Shown piece by piece: positions 34,379-46,553 of a DNA stretch of 64,000 nt. The position numbers and the translations under genes were made by a program. The DNA comes from Novakomyces olei. Its lineage: Eukaryota. Each line of letters opens with the position of its first letter. Position 1 is the stretch's first letter. Location: the NCBI GenBank assembly GCA_016906335.1, contig JADEYG010000015.1, forward strand, positions 186,001 through 250,000. Direction: 5' to 3'. The notes beneath the pieces are model-generated. The model was given only the letters and a program-made list of their open reading frames with translations. It did no database searches and was not told where the DNA came from.

Positions 34379-36408
34379 TCATGACATGAGCATTTTTGTA
34401 GTCCAGGAAGCACTCAGTGTCCGCAAATCCGTATACATCTGGCCCGTCCCAACAAATACAACGGGCACTCCAGATACGTAAACCATACTGACAATTGTCC
34501 CCACGAGATCACCGACTGTATCGACCTTTGATATAATAAACCCATCGAGTTTTCGAGATCGGCCAAGTGCAGCTGAAAAATTACGGGCTTGTAGTATGGA
34601 ATCTGTGCCCACTAGAGCCTCTGCAACCTGGAAAATCTTGTCCAGCGGTACCGTTTGTGCAAATCTCTCCAATGATCCCATTAGAGTCTTGTCATTATGA
34701 CGTCTGCCAGCGGTATCGATAAGCACTACGTCAAATCCTTCTTTTTGTGCCTGTGAAATAGCATCGCGAGCTATGCCTGAAGCTTCTTTTCCATAGCCGC
34801 GTTCAAATAGGGCCACAGAATCTTCTCCGGCACCGGCTAAGGTCTTTAAATTACGTACATGGACCCTTAATTGCTCCACAGCTCCTGAACGAAAAGAATC
34901 GCAAGCTGCAATCATTACACGAAAATCATTGTTCAACAGAAAAAAGGCCAATTTGGAGAGAGAGGTAGATTTTCCCACGCCGTTTACTCCAACAAATGAA
35001 ATTGTATACGGTCGGCCTTGAGCTGCTTTGGTTTTACGTACCGCATTAATGAGATCGAGTGACGTTGCTGGCGTAAGAATTTTCTGTAGTGATGATTCAA
35101 CTGCTTTGTTGACGACACTTGATACGCCTAAAGGTTAGCAAATTTTTCGTTGATTAGTATGCGACCAATGCTTTTGAGGGCATTGTCCATTGCATAAACA
35201 TTAAACTAGTCAATCACGAAATTCATGAATTTTTCAATGATTAAATAATCAAATCTCGAAAACCTTTTTATTTTTAATTTAGTTTTTCTTTTTATCAATC
35301 GTCCTCATGTTATATGTCCACTTACGTTCAAACGTCGAAGTCTTTGTACCCACGAGCGAATTTTCTACACTTTCGCACAAATGTATAACGACTTCGCGAG
35401 CCACATTTTTTGCTAGTAAATGCTCCTGCATTTTCGCCAGTACAGGTTCCAGATCGCCCTTTGTCAGAGCTTTACCGCCCACAATGTTTGAAAAATATGA
35501 CATTGCTCCGGTAGCACGTTTTGTGTTAGCGGCAAGCATCTCGTCCATATCCTTTATAACTACAGCACCAGACTTTGTGTTTTCAAACGCGTTTTCCCCC
35601 ACAAGCGAGTCAGCATCGACACGCGCATCCTCTGCTCGACCTCGGCTAAAATCCAACTGCTCTTTACCGTCTTGAGCACCGTATTCATTGTCCCATTTAC
35701 GTCCAGACTTTTGTTTTTTCTGTGCAGAAACAGGCGAAGGAGAAGGAGAAGGCGAAGACTTCTTTCCCCTTCCACCTGATTTCCGCAGTTGTGCTAATCT
35801 ATGAGCTGCCGCTGCTGCATCAAATTGTTCGCCCTTTTCCTCGTGTTTTTTCACCTCTGCCTCGCTCTTCTCGGAAGCATTCGTACTCTTCTTTATCTCT
35901 TCCTGATCAATTTCATCTCGGCTCCGGTTAGCTGCTTCTTCCTTCTCTGCCAAAGTTGGCGCAGATATTCCCTTTGACTTAGAGAAATGCATAGATTCAA
36001 GCTCACGGATTCGCTGGTCATAGTACGCATCAAACCCTCCAACTTTTTCGTAAATGTCCACCGAAGTTAGTGTTCCTGCGTACAAAGACACAAACAGCGT
36101 TTTAACGTCCCGCAGCAAAGCATTTACAAACGCCGAAGGAGTCTGCTGAGGGCAAACGACCTTTTGGTATTGTCAGTTAACCTAGTCAATTTTTAATTCA
36201 GATTTCATACCACGAAAACGAGTCCCTGCTCGTTTGCTAGAGTCCATTTTAGCAGATGAGCACCCTGTACAAAACTTTCTTCGGCCGCTCGCTCTTCTAA
36301 AAAGACATCGCTTATAAGCGCATTGACTACTGAGGGATAAACAGTCGTCTGTACACGCTTCCACAGGACGAGGCCGCCGCGTGTAAATGCATAAATTGCA
36401 TCAATCAT
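34379..36408 (-). CDS. srp101: Signal recognition particle receptor alpha subunit; exons 36408-36211, 36160-35326, 35127-34379
   Basis: N-terminal FTRGGLVLW longin; FVGVNGVGKSTSLSK, AACDSFRSGAVEQL, DTAGR, SKVDT, GTGQMYTDL. Confidence 0.95.
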
Positions 36409-36837
36409 GGCGGAGGCTCTTGCTGCCGTGATTATAGTATTTAATATTTATTTAATAATTATATTTGTTCAACAATATTTATTTAACAATTGTTTATTCA
36501 ACAATTATTTATTTAATAATTATTTATTTAATAATTATTTATTTAATAATTATTTATTTACATATACAATAGATAAAGGACGACGAGGAAGAGAAATTAC
36601 CAGCGATGTTCAAAACGTCTCCCGCCAGTCATACTGTACCAATCGATCTTTTGGCGTCCAACATTTTAATTTTGTAATCAGAAACTGTGTGTGAAACTAG
36701 CGCTACAAAATTGCCTACAAGGTCGGTGATTATATAAATAAGATAAGTGGTATACTGATAGTATTTAATGTACGTATTTCACTATATCTCATTATTTATC
36801 GCTTTTATTTCGTAGACACGATCTTTGACAAGTCTAC

Positions 36838-37788
36838 ATGTCAGAGGACGAGACGCGAAAACGGAGGCGGGAATCGAAACCTGATGACGCGCCTCAAGCG
36901 GCGCCAGTACTCGGTGTCGCTTTTAACAATGAGACTCCAATTGACGATATAACATTCACAGTGACTGATATTGTATATAATCACCTTTTACGTTTAGGCG
37001 ATCAGCCAGTTGAAGTAAAGACACCCTTTTGTGGAGATAATCTCTTTTCTTACGCGCGTCTAGATTGAAGCCAAATTGGGTACGCTCAAAGACCGGCAAG
37101 CAGGCACAAGGATCTTTGTCCCTGGAGCCACTACGGAAACGGGTACGATATGCTTCGTTGCCATGAATACTGATATAGAGTGTTTGATGCATCGTCTTAT
37201 GGTGATGGCCGTGTATACTTTGAGAGCGATATGAGTAAAGAGTCTCATCGGCATTTCAATCAGATGCTGAATGCTGTCTTTGCCCGGTCACAAAAGGCGA
37301 ACGAGGCTCGGGCGCAGGATACAAGGCCACAGCAAAAAATGATCTATAAGCATACGCGTGAAGTCGATGCATTTTACAGATCGCCAGCGGGAAATGTACG
37401 CGTAACACGCGATCAGAATACAAAGGAGACCGTTTCCTGTGTGATTAAGAAACGGCTAATCAACGTGGACGTTTACTGTCCACGTAGCCGATTTGACTGG
37501 CGAGTAAGTATCAATTTGGAGGTTCCGACAGACGAAGCACTTGCTACTGGATCACCAGAGTACACGCGCAACAAGGACCGTATCAGCTACCAAACCCAGT
37601 TCTACCAGGTAGATCTTACAATGGTTTCTAGGGCTCCAGGCCGAGAGTCTTATGAATTGGAAGTTGAACTGTTGCAGATGAAACGGTTACAAGAATATGC
37701 GGAGCGGAGTGCGCGTGGAGAGCCGAGCCATTTTCGCGTTGTCCTTCAGGGGTTTGTCTACAGTGTGAGAGCACTGCTCCGAAGCTGA
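36838..37788 (+). CDS. pct1: mRNA-capping RNA 5'-triphosphatase (CYTH/TTM; Pct1/Cet1 family); exons 36838-37014, 37064-37142, 37181-37788
   Basis: Splicing restores motif A VEIEAKLG; FESDMS, RVTRD, DWRVSINLE, RNKDRISY and motif C YELEVE. Confidence 0.9.
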
Positions 37789-38226
37789 TCGTATTGGTTT
37801 TTTGGCTGCTTTTGTTTGGTGAGCGATTTGGTTCTGCTCATGTAATACTACGCTTACCCCGACATGTGGGGGTCATATGTGACCCCCACCTATTGATCAT
37901 TCTGGACCTTACAAACATTGGTGCCGATCCTGATCCTTGCAATCATAGATTTGCCTGTAAATGATAACGAAGTTTTTTCCCTCTTTTTTCAAATTATTGC
38001 ATACTGCCGTACTTGCATGGTACATTTAGGCTGATTTATGAGGCAGTCAAGACAGTATGGGCTTTTTGTCGGTAGACGTGGAGGACAGAGGACAAACATA
38101 TATGTCGATTACAATATAATTATCACGAGGAGAGCCGACCGATCGATCTGCTATTCCGTACTATATACAATACCGCTGACGGCGAATCAATAGAAAATAA
38201 AATAAAGAAAATATAAATTGTCACAG

Positions 38227-38892
38227 CTACCGCCGCATACGATCTAGTCGCGCCTGCAAGTCGTCGTCTTCCGCCGCGGCGCCCACTGGTTGGGCTACAC
38301 GATCAGGCGTTTCAGCTGTAGCGTCTGCACGGATAGTGCTGGGAGTCACACCAAGACTCTGAGCCAGGTCTACGCCCAATTCGTCCATTACTTGCTCAAC
38401 AATCTCGTCAGTCTCCTCCTCATCATCCTCCATAGTCTCGTCAACAGCGTCATCCATCATTTCTTGACGTTGGTCCATGACATCATTCTCCCGTTCAAAT
38501 TCCTGGGCAATACGCGTAAGAGCGGGAAGATTCATACGGCGATTCATGCCGCCTAAAAGTCTTGCGGCTCCCTTCATACTCTGCATCATTTGCTCGTTTG
38601 ATCTCACAGTCTGAATGCGTAGAGAAACCGCTTGTAATTGAGTTTTCATACTGTAAAATTTGCGTATATGCTTGCGCGTACGCACAAGATCGCGTGCTTT
38701 GACTTTTGCTGCGCCTGTTTGGCCTTCTTTTGCACTTCGTTTAATTTCAGCAATAAGCCGCTTCTCTTGTTGCTCTAATTTTACCCGTTCCCTGTCTAAC
38801 TCGCGCTGAGCTTTTTCCAATCCACGTTGATGCTGACGCAACCGTTCTTGAGGGGTTTTAGACCGGCCAAACGCCCATTCAAGGACGTTCAT
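38227..38892 (-). CDS. did4: ESCRT-III subunit Vps2/Did4 (CHMP2A)
   Basis: TPQERLRQHQRGLEKAQRELDRER, ARDLVRTR, LQAVSLRIQTVRSN, C-terminal MIM DDDLQARLDRMRR. Confidence 0.95.
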   Translation of the reverse strand: MNVLEWAFGRSKTPQERLRQHQRGLEKAQRELDRERVKLEQQEKRLIAEIKRSAKEGQTGAAKVKARDLVRTRKHIRKFYSMKTQLQAVSLRIQTVRSNEQMMQSMKGAARLLGGMNRRMNLPALTRIAQEFERENDVMDQRQEMMDDAVDETMEDDEEETDEIVEQVMDELGVDLAQSLGVTPSTIRADATAETPDRVAQPVGAAAEDDDLQARLDRMRR

Positions 38893-39113
38893 GGCGGATC
38901 AGGATGTGTGCTCTACCGTCCTGTAATAATCGTAAAATAAATGAAATGTAACTATGCGGTACTCTGTATATTTTTCATATTTATTGTTTTTATTATTATT
39001 TTTATTTATTAATTATATTTTCGCTATTATTATATTTTATTCATTTATTATAATATTTTTTATTAAATATATTGTTTAATAGACAGCGATTGATCTTGCT
39101 TCATATAAACGGC

Positions 39114-40271
39114 ATGTATCAGCCAGGCCAGCCTGGCCAGCCTGGCCAGTACGGCCAATATGGCGGACCAGACTCTTCGCTTCCTTATGCTGGCTCTCCA
39201 GGACCAATTCTTCATCATCCACAGCCAACACATCCTATTCCGCCAATGAGATCTCCATCAGCGGGCGCCAACCAGCCACAGTACTCCCTGCCCCAGCAAC
39301 AGCAATATGGCTTCTTTGGAATGGACACGGCCACGGCAAATATGGGATACCAAGTGGGCCGGCATGCTTTTACTGCTGGCCAAGAGTATATGGAGCAAAG
39401 CGTGGGGCGATGGCTTTCTATGCGGGTTTTACGGTACTACTTCAATGTGAGCAATCTGTACGTGGTCCAGAAACTGCGAATCATTCTATTTCCTTGGACT
39501 CATAAACCCTGGTCACGTGCAGTAAAGAGAAGCGAAATTAATGGTGCCGTTGAAGGGTTCAAGCCACCTCGCGAAGACGTCAATGCGCCTGATATGTATA
39601 TACCACTAATGGCGTTTGTTACGTATATCTTACTATCTGCGCTGCTTGCCGGGTTGCGTGGTGAATTTGCCCCGGAAATGCTGGGACTCACTGCGTCTAC
39701 TGCGTGTGGTGTTGTTGTGTTTGAGTTTTTGGCTATTAAACTGGGGTGCTACGTACTGGGGATTACCAGTGACTCGCAGTTGCTCGATCTACTGTCTTAT
39801 AGCGGCTACAAGTTTGTTGGGTGAGTTTGCCACCGTTCTTGCTTCTGCATTTATAGTTTGATTTTTTTTTTTGGTGTTGCCTTGTGCTCATAGAATTTGC
39901 CATGAGCCTGTTGACTGTTTATTGAGTGTTGTATAATTAATTATTTCATACTTTATTATGTTTTGTATTCTGTTCTTATGTATCCCCCACCTTGCGTCTT
40001 CAATATACTAATTTGCTACAGAATCATCGTCACAATGTTGTCGAAACTATTTGCTCGCAATTGGATTTATTATGCTGCGTTTGCTTATACGTTTTTGGCT
40101 ACAGCCTTTTTCTTGCTCCGTAGTTTGCGCTACGTCGTCATTCCTGATAGTGGTGCTGCAGCATCTGGAATGACAGCTTCTACGGGCTACACACGCAGCC
40201 GCAGCCTGCGCGTATATTTTCTTTTTGGCATCAGCGTATTCCAGATTGTGTTTATGTGGATGCTTTCGTAG
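39114..40271 (+). CDS. yif1: Yif1/Hrf1 ER-Golgi transport membrane protein; exons 39114-39820, 40022-40271
   Basis: LRYYFNVSNLYVVQKL..FPWTHKPW, PPREDVNAPDMYIPLMAFVTY, LSYSGYKFVG, FFLLRSLRY. Confidence 0.93.
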
Positions 40272-40610
40272 ACTATTAATCCACAAAAATGAACACATAT
40301 AAATTGTGCTGCATACGCTTTTATGGCGTTTTAAACGTTTTCCTATTTTAGGAGGGTCTTGCAGAAATGCCAGTATGGTTTCATCAGTGCCGAGGATCAA
40401 ACAGTCTTTCACAGTTGTTAAGATGTAATTACGCTAGTCTGTTAAATTTAAAAGTGTCATGTGATGTGTTGGATTAAATTACCGATATTCTGTTAAATCG
40501 GCGTGATATTCCCAAGTAGTGCTATTCAGCATTATACGGTATATATAAATATTAAATAACTATTTTATTCCAATATTCAGAGCGCTGATCTTTTCATACG
40601 TACCATATAA

Positions 40611-40709
40611 TAATATTCATAATATTCATAATATTCATAATATTCATAATATTCATAATATTCATAATATTCATAATATTCATAATATTCATAATATTCA
40701 TAATATTCA
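40611..40709. repeat. Perfect (TAATATTCA)11 tandem repeat
   Basis: Eleven exact 9-bp units just upstream of the DUF202 gene. Confidence 0.95.
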
Positions 40710-40773
40710 TAATACTTTGCGACATCGCTTATTGTTATCGGCAGACTGTTGCGAATGCATCGTGGCCAACACG

Positions 40774-41289
40774 ATGCGCATACTTAATACGTGGCGATTG
40801 AAAATAAATAACGAAACCACACAAGCTCGTGACTATTGCGGTGAGTTTTTAAAAGATTATTTTCTAATTTCCAGCGTTCGAGCGGACGTTTTTATCATGG
40901 ATCAAGTTTGCGTTTTATTTAACAATGGCGGCCGCTGCTATTGTTCCTATCGGCGTTACTCCTGATCAATACAAACGGCATCACACCAATTTAACTCGGC
41001 CTCTTGCAATTTCCAGCTCTGTCTTACTGCTTGGTGCCTCGGCTGCAGCAATAGCCGCTGGTCTCTTGCAGTATGTTTACACCGTGCGAAAGCTCGATAA
41101 TGGTCATGTCCACTTGCGTATTTCCCGTGTACAATATGGCGTTTGGGCGTTCTTAATTCTGCTCGTTATCGCCAGTTTTGTAAGTTCTTTATGACAATGG
41201 AACAATTATTAATTAGCTAATTGTAGATATTGGCTGTTGTGGCCGGTTGGCAACGTGTTACTCCCGGTTCAGTTGGAGGGTTCTACTAG
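40774..41289 (+). CDS. DUF202 (YidH/Vtc1-like) small 3-TM membrane protein, 144 aa; exons 40774-40840, 40875-41179, 41227-41289
   Basis: Removing a 34-nt intron creates QARDYCAFERTFLSWIK, matching the DUF202 signature ARDxxAxERTFLxW; three hydrophobic segments. Confidence 0.8.
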
Positions 41290-41994
41290 GGTCTGAACTT
41301 GTCATGGGATTGCAGTTGCATTTGTTTACAATTGCATTTATTTTATCTAATTCGATTTTCGCCTGTTGTTTATATTATTAGGCGATTCCTTTAGCGTGGA
41401 GTTACAGTCTGTTTGTCAGTAATTAGGTGGAGAATGAAGAGCATATGTTTCAACAGGTTTTTTCCGTTTCCAATCTCAATTGTTCTGATTCAAGAGTACC
41501 ACTGCATAATGATTACGTTTGTCAGTGGCGTAGTACGTGAAAAGAAAACAGTAATTATCAGTCGGCCGTACAACTGCAAGTCTGCTATTGTTTGTTTGTG
41601 ACTAATTTGGCTCTTGTACTATATTACTCCTGTACTGGCCCTGTATTGTCATTTGTGAATACCGTTTTGTATGATGAATTTTCCTATATAATCTTGAACC
41701 GTCAACTCAAAGGCTATACTTCGCTATCCGTAGAAATCAAGGCATGATATCAAATCAAAAAAGAACAAGTAAAACCCAACCCATATAAACCATCTCTTTT
41801 GTTCTAATCTGCATCGTTGACAGGCTACTTTTGTGTTGACCACGTAATCTACAATTTCCAAATTCAACCCCAATAATTGTTCTCTGCCAGCCTCCAGGTT
41901 CTATTCTCTTTATATTCCGTTTGAGTGTACGCTATTACAATCCCTTACTATAAGACAGTGTTTGCAAATCAATTTTTAAATCAAGTGTCTAGCA

Positions 41995-42682
41995 CTACAT
42001 GGTCAGGCTCATAATCGTGTTTACAATATCGCCATTGTTCTCCTTGAGAGCTTTGATAGCCTTGTTACGCGAGACACTCGTCTGCTGCTGGACGAGTTCA
42101 ATATCCTTTGCTTCAACGCCCGTAGCATCGACAGGCTCACCGTCATCCTCCTCAGCCTCTTTGCCCTTGGTGACAGCCTCACCCAAAGGTGCAGAGGGAG
42201 CAGAGCCGGCAGCGGCCTGTTGAGACTTGTCCGCGCCCTCTTGCTCTTCCTGAGCAGCGAGCTGCTGAGCAGCAGCAGCCTGCTGCTGCGTACCAAAGTC
42301 TCCCAAAGGTTCCGTCCGTACTTGACCAAAGATGACGTACGAGTCAGAGTGAGGGGACTTGTAAACCTCTGGGTTATTGATAGCAAACAAGCCTGCGCGA
42401 GTACGGCGGAAGGCAATTCGAGTAATTCCAGGTACCGGCTCGAGCTTCAGCTTGGAGATAAGCGAACGGGCCTTCTTTTCTGCCCGTGAATGGACAGCAA
42501 TTGATGCTCCCGGTGGGATTTCACCACCTGCCTCAGCTTCCTCCTCATGTGCCTCATTCTCAGAGCCAGACGACTCGTGCTCGGCCGGCGCAGAGACGGC
42601 TGCTGCCTGCTCGTCGGTGAGCTCTTCGATCTTGTTTGACACTGCATCGTTAATGGGTAATGCTTAAACATCCACGCTTACT
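41995..42682 (-). CDS. egd2: Nascent polypeptide-associated complex alpha subunit; start codon A|TG split by intron 42681-42642
   Basis: SRAEKKAR..LEPVPGITRI..INNPEVYKSP..YVIFG NAC domain and C-terminal UBA (KDIELVQQQ..SRNKAIKALKENNGDIVNTIM). Confidence 0.93.
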
Positions 42683-44755
42683 TTTCGATCACGTTTGCTT
42701 GCGGTTTGCAAGATCGTAATTACAATACAGGGTACGGTATACTAGCGAATACTATAAATACATAATTAAACATACGCAAATATTATTCAGTTTATTATTA
42801 TGCAGATTATTATTCAGAGTATTTTCCAGATTATATTAATCAGATAATAGTTACAGTATAATACTATGTGGATTTAAACTGATTGATTGAAGCAAGGCAA
42901 ATATTTGCCGGACTTTCAACTATTGCATGCGCCCATAGAGCATTTCTCTTCGTCTCCATACTGATAGACTTGAGGTCCTAATTGACGCTCACACCGTCAG
43001 GCAGGATGTCTCTGGTCATGTTGAGCACGTGTAGGGTAGGGTAGTGCCGTCACGTTTGTTTGTATATACTAAACAACTCTAGCTGCGATATAGAGCAGTA
43101 GGTTTAAGAAATATATATGTATATATCGTGAATTGTATGACGCACAGCTAGAACTGTTAATGTACTTTATATATGTAGTAAGTAGTCTTTTAGGATGAGC
43201 ACGGATTTAAGTTACAAGTAACGGTACCGTCACCGGTGCAGACGCTTAATCCTACAGGATTATGCTGATGTCGGCCAGCAAGTATTATGTAATACAACCA
43301 CGTGGCGATGACTGTGTAATTAAGGGCGCTCAGGTGTGCTGGCAAGTATGAATGATCGCGGGTACATGACGTCGTTCGGGCCAGGCCCTCGATTTAATGT
43401 TATATGATCAGTGCTTTTGTCTTCTATACTCGCAGTCATTGTTATGCATGAAGCGGATAACAAGTATGCTGTATCGGTGGAATACTCTTGTGCTTTTTGC
43501 TGTTTTATTTACAATTCAAAATTATCATAATGACACGGCAGCAATTCTGCAATTGTGATTCATTGTCAATATTATGTGCCGTAAAGGACGGTACAACCAA
43601 AGTTAGACATGTCAAATTCAATGTTGCCTACGTCATCAATGATCACAGAATAATAAATAGCGGTCAAATTTGGGTAAGATTTCTATGAATTTATCAATTT
43701 TATGTAGACGATATGACAAGCTTTAATTTGACAGCAATCTTTGGCCTCGATTCGCCAATAATTAGTAACTAAGATTCTTAGCCATTTGAGAATCTATTAA
43801 TTCTACTGTACTTTTGTATTGATTTTATTATATTTTTTAATTCCCATTTTTTCTTCTTTTATTTTCGTCTGCCAGTATTCTTCAGCTTCTTTAGTGATCT
43901 CCACGTTTGGTCGACGCAACTTTCAAGCACTCTTTTCATGCTCATGACTGCGCTTCCATCGGTCCTTGGTTTAACTAAATAACTATTTAATTAATTGTTT
44001 ATTTTGATAATCAGCTCGTTCATCCATTCAGATTCATCCGTTCAATTGGGTTACCGATAACGAAGGTGCTGTGAATGAGGAATGTAAACATCAAACCGAC
44101 AGCAATAGAAAGAAACTGTAGAACTATAGAAGAAAAGCAATAGAAAAATTCGTTTAGCATCTCCCGCATACGGAGATATAAGCGAGGCAAAGTGAGCAGG
44201 CCCTGAGGCGCTCTAGGGACGAAAGACAAAGCAAGAAGCGCAGAAATAAACTATGCGCCAGTCAATTAAACGCAAATAGGAAGGGTCGCACAACATACTG
44301 TCCACTAATTTAATATCTCCAGTCAACAATTGCACGATTGCGTAGACTATACACCTTTAAATTGCCCGCGCCAAGTACTTCTCGCCTTATCTAGTGATAG
44401 TCCGGAACAATCGTCTGTTTCGAGCTCGAAACCTCGGACTGGTCAAAATCAAAGCGATGGATAATCCACCGCCGCGACCCGATTGAGTAGTAATCAAACG
44501 GTAATTAAACAGAAATAAAAATAAGATTAATGTTTAATTAGACTGCACTAAAATGGTCGAGTAATGTGTAGTGATAGCCGTATGTAATTTAAAAGTATGT
44601 AATTTAGGCATATGTAATATACAAATATGTAATTTATTTCCATGTAATTAAACAATTGCAATATACGGTATGATTGCAATTAGACGTAATAAAACACTAG
44701 AATGATATCACAACAATCTTCGCTAGTACCAAACTAGGCAGTGTTCCGCAAGATT

Positions 44756-44950
44756 AGCCAATCACATTGGGCCTGTCACTCACGGGCCTTGACCTGATTG
44801 GTCAGACAGCCCGTAATAGTCCGCAGCGCCGGAGCGAAAGCGCGTGCGAGCTCATTACGTATGATGTCACGTTATTTAACGATAATTTCAGCATTGTTCT
44901 ACAGGGCAACAATTAGGCAAGGCGCCGGTGCCGGCCAACAATATAAATAA
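44756..44950 (+). promoter_or_regulatory. Promoter of the aldo-keto reductase gene: CCAAT boxes, CRE-like TTACGT/GTCACGT elements and TATA box
   Basis: GCCAATC at ~44757, CTGATTGG at ~44794, TTACGTATGATGTCACGT at ~44855, TATAAATA at 44942, followed by a CT-rich leader. Confidence 0.5.
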
Positions 44951-45051
44951 TGGACGAGCAGCCACCGGAAGATCTTCATCCTCAACCTTGATACAACTCG
45001 GACATTAACATTTGAGTTTATCCTTTTACTTTATCCTTATACAATTAAACT

Positions 45052-45978
45052 ATGTCGCAAGGAAAGTTTTTCACTTTGAACACTGGCGCCAAGATTCCGG
45101 CTGTTGGTATCGGCACTTACAAGTCAAAGCCCTCCGAGGTTAAAGAGGCTGTTGCGGTTGCCCTGGAAACAGGCTATCGTCATGTCGACTGCGCCTTCCG
45201 CTACATGAACGAGAAGGAAGCCGGTGAAGCTATCCAGGAATCAGGTGTGCCTCGCAACGAGCTCTTTGTGACTTCCAAGCTGTGGAACACTTACCACTCC
45301 CGCGTGGAGGAGGCACTCGACATGTCTCTGGAGAATTTGGGCTTGGAGTACCTCGACCTGTACTTGATGCACTACCCTGTACCCATGCAGCCAGGTGTCA
45401 ATGACAAGGATTATCCCAAAGACGAGCGCGGTGAGATTCTGCACCAAAAGAACTGGAGCATCAACAACACGTGGGCCCAGATGGAGAAGCTTTTGGATAC
45501 TGGTAAAGTCAAGGCCATTGGTGTCTCCAACTTTGACACAAAGCACTTGGAGCAATTGGCTTCTACTGCCCGTGTAACGCCTGCTGTCAACCAGGTCGAA
45601 TTGCACCCACTGCTCTCTCAGGAACGGCTCAAGAACTATTGCGATGATCACAACATCCACTTGACAGCCTACTCCCCACTGGGATCTGCCTCGAGCTCAT
45701 TGCACACTGAACCGATCATCCAGTCTATTGCCGACAAGAATGGGCTTTCTACCGCTCAGGTTATGGTCTCTTGGGGTATCGCCAAGGGCTGGTCTGTGCT
45801 GCCCAAGTCTGTAACGCCAGAGCGTATCCGCAGCAATTTCAAGACCGTCGATCTCTCTCCAGAGGACGTTGAGGCTATCGACGGCATTGGCAAGCGCGAC
45901 CGTAAGCGATACCTTGACTACAAGCTTGGTGTAGAGTTGTTTGGCGACGACAAGCACTGGAAGCCGGTTGAAGCTTAA
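45052..45978 (+). CDS. NADPH-dependent aldo/keto reductase (Gcy1/Ypr1-like), intronless
   Basis: LNTGAKIPAVGIGT, GYRHVDCA, FVTSKLWN, YLDLYLMHYP, KAIGVSNF, NQVELHP, AYSPLG, LPKSVTPERI. Confidence 0.95.
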   Translation: MSQGKFFTLNTGAKIPAVGIGTYKSKPSEVKEAVAVALETGYRHVDCAFRYMNEKEAGEAIQESGVPRNELFVTSKLWNTYHSRVEEALDMSLENLGLEYLDLYLMHYPVPMQPGVNDKDYPKDERGEILHQKNWSINNTWAQMEKLLDTGKVKAIGVSNFDTKHLEQLASTARVTPAVNQVELHPLLSQERLKNYCDDHNIHLTAYSPLGSASSSLHTEPIIQSIADKNGLSTAQVMVSWGIAKGWSVLPKSVTPERIRSNFKTVDLSPEDVEAIDGIGKRDRKRYLDYKLGVELFGDDKHWKPVEA

Positions 45979-46553
45979 ATGATTTATTGTACATAACGCA
46001 CTCTTGAGAGGTTGGTTGGATTACTGGGGATATGACTTTTACACGATTTAGACACACGTTGCCGCTGAGGCAGTCGGGTTATGATTTTTTTGCATATGAT
46101 AGATCTAGACTTTGAATCTAATTAGAATCAAATAATATACGCATTAACTAGACAAATTATCGATTCAAGTAAACTCGAATGCTTAAACATTTTATCATAT
46201 TATATTATATTTTATTATATTTTATTATATTTTATTATATATATATATTTTAATTTTCTTTACAATTGTAAATGCTCTGTATTACGCGCAAGGAACCTAT
46301 TTGCTCTAGCTGCCAATAATTTACCGGTTTGCAGTGGACTAAAGATACTGGCTAGAGTTGTCTAGAGACCGGACCATGCCACAATATTAACTTACTATTC
46401 AGGTTCTCAAAGAATCATATATTAATTACAAATGATTAGAGAAGAGTATGTACAAGCGCGCAAAAGACCGATATAAACCAGCTCGCGACTAGAAGCAGTT
46501 TAGAAGGCGAGACGAGTAGGGTACTCCTTTATTTACAAACAATGCTGGGCGGC

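Noticed and set aside
41670-41760. ATGATGA as the box C of a C/D snoRNA
   Set aside because: No suitably placed CTGA box D or recognisable rRNA guide downstream
43215-43466. 64-bp periodicity as a CRISPR-like array
   Set aside because: Only a 6-nt word recurs; there is no 20-40-nt direct repeat, no cas genes, and the genome is eukaryotic
44190-44230. CTGAGG...GAAA as a hammerhead ribozyme core
   Set aside because: Does not match CUGAnGA and lacks the required three stems
45052-45978. AKR as a horizontally acquired gene (intronless, C/T-rich third positions)
   Set aside because: Typical fungal Gcy1/Ypr1-like sequence; codon bias and TATA box are explained by high expression
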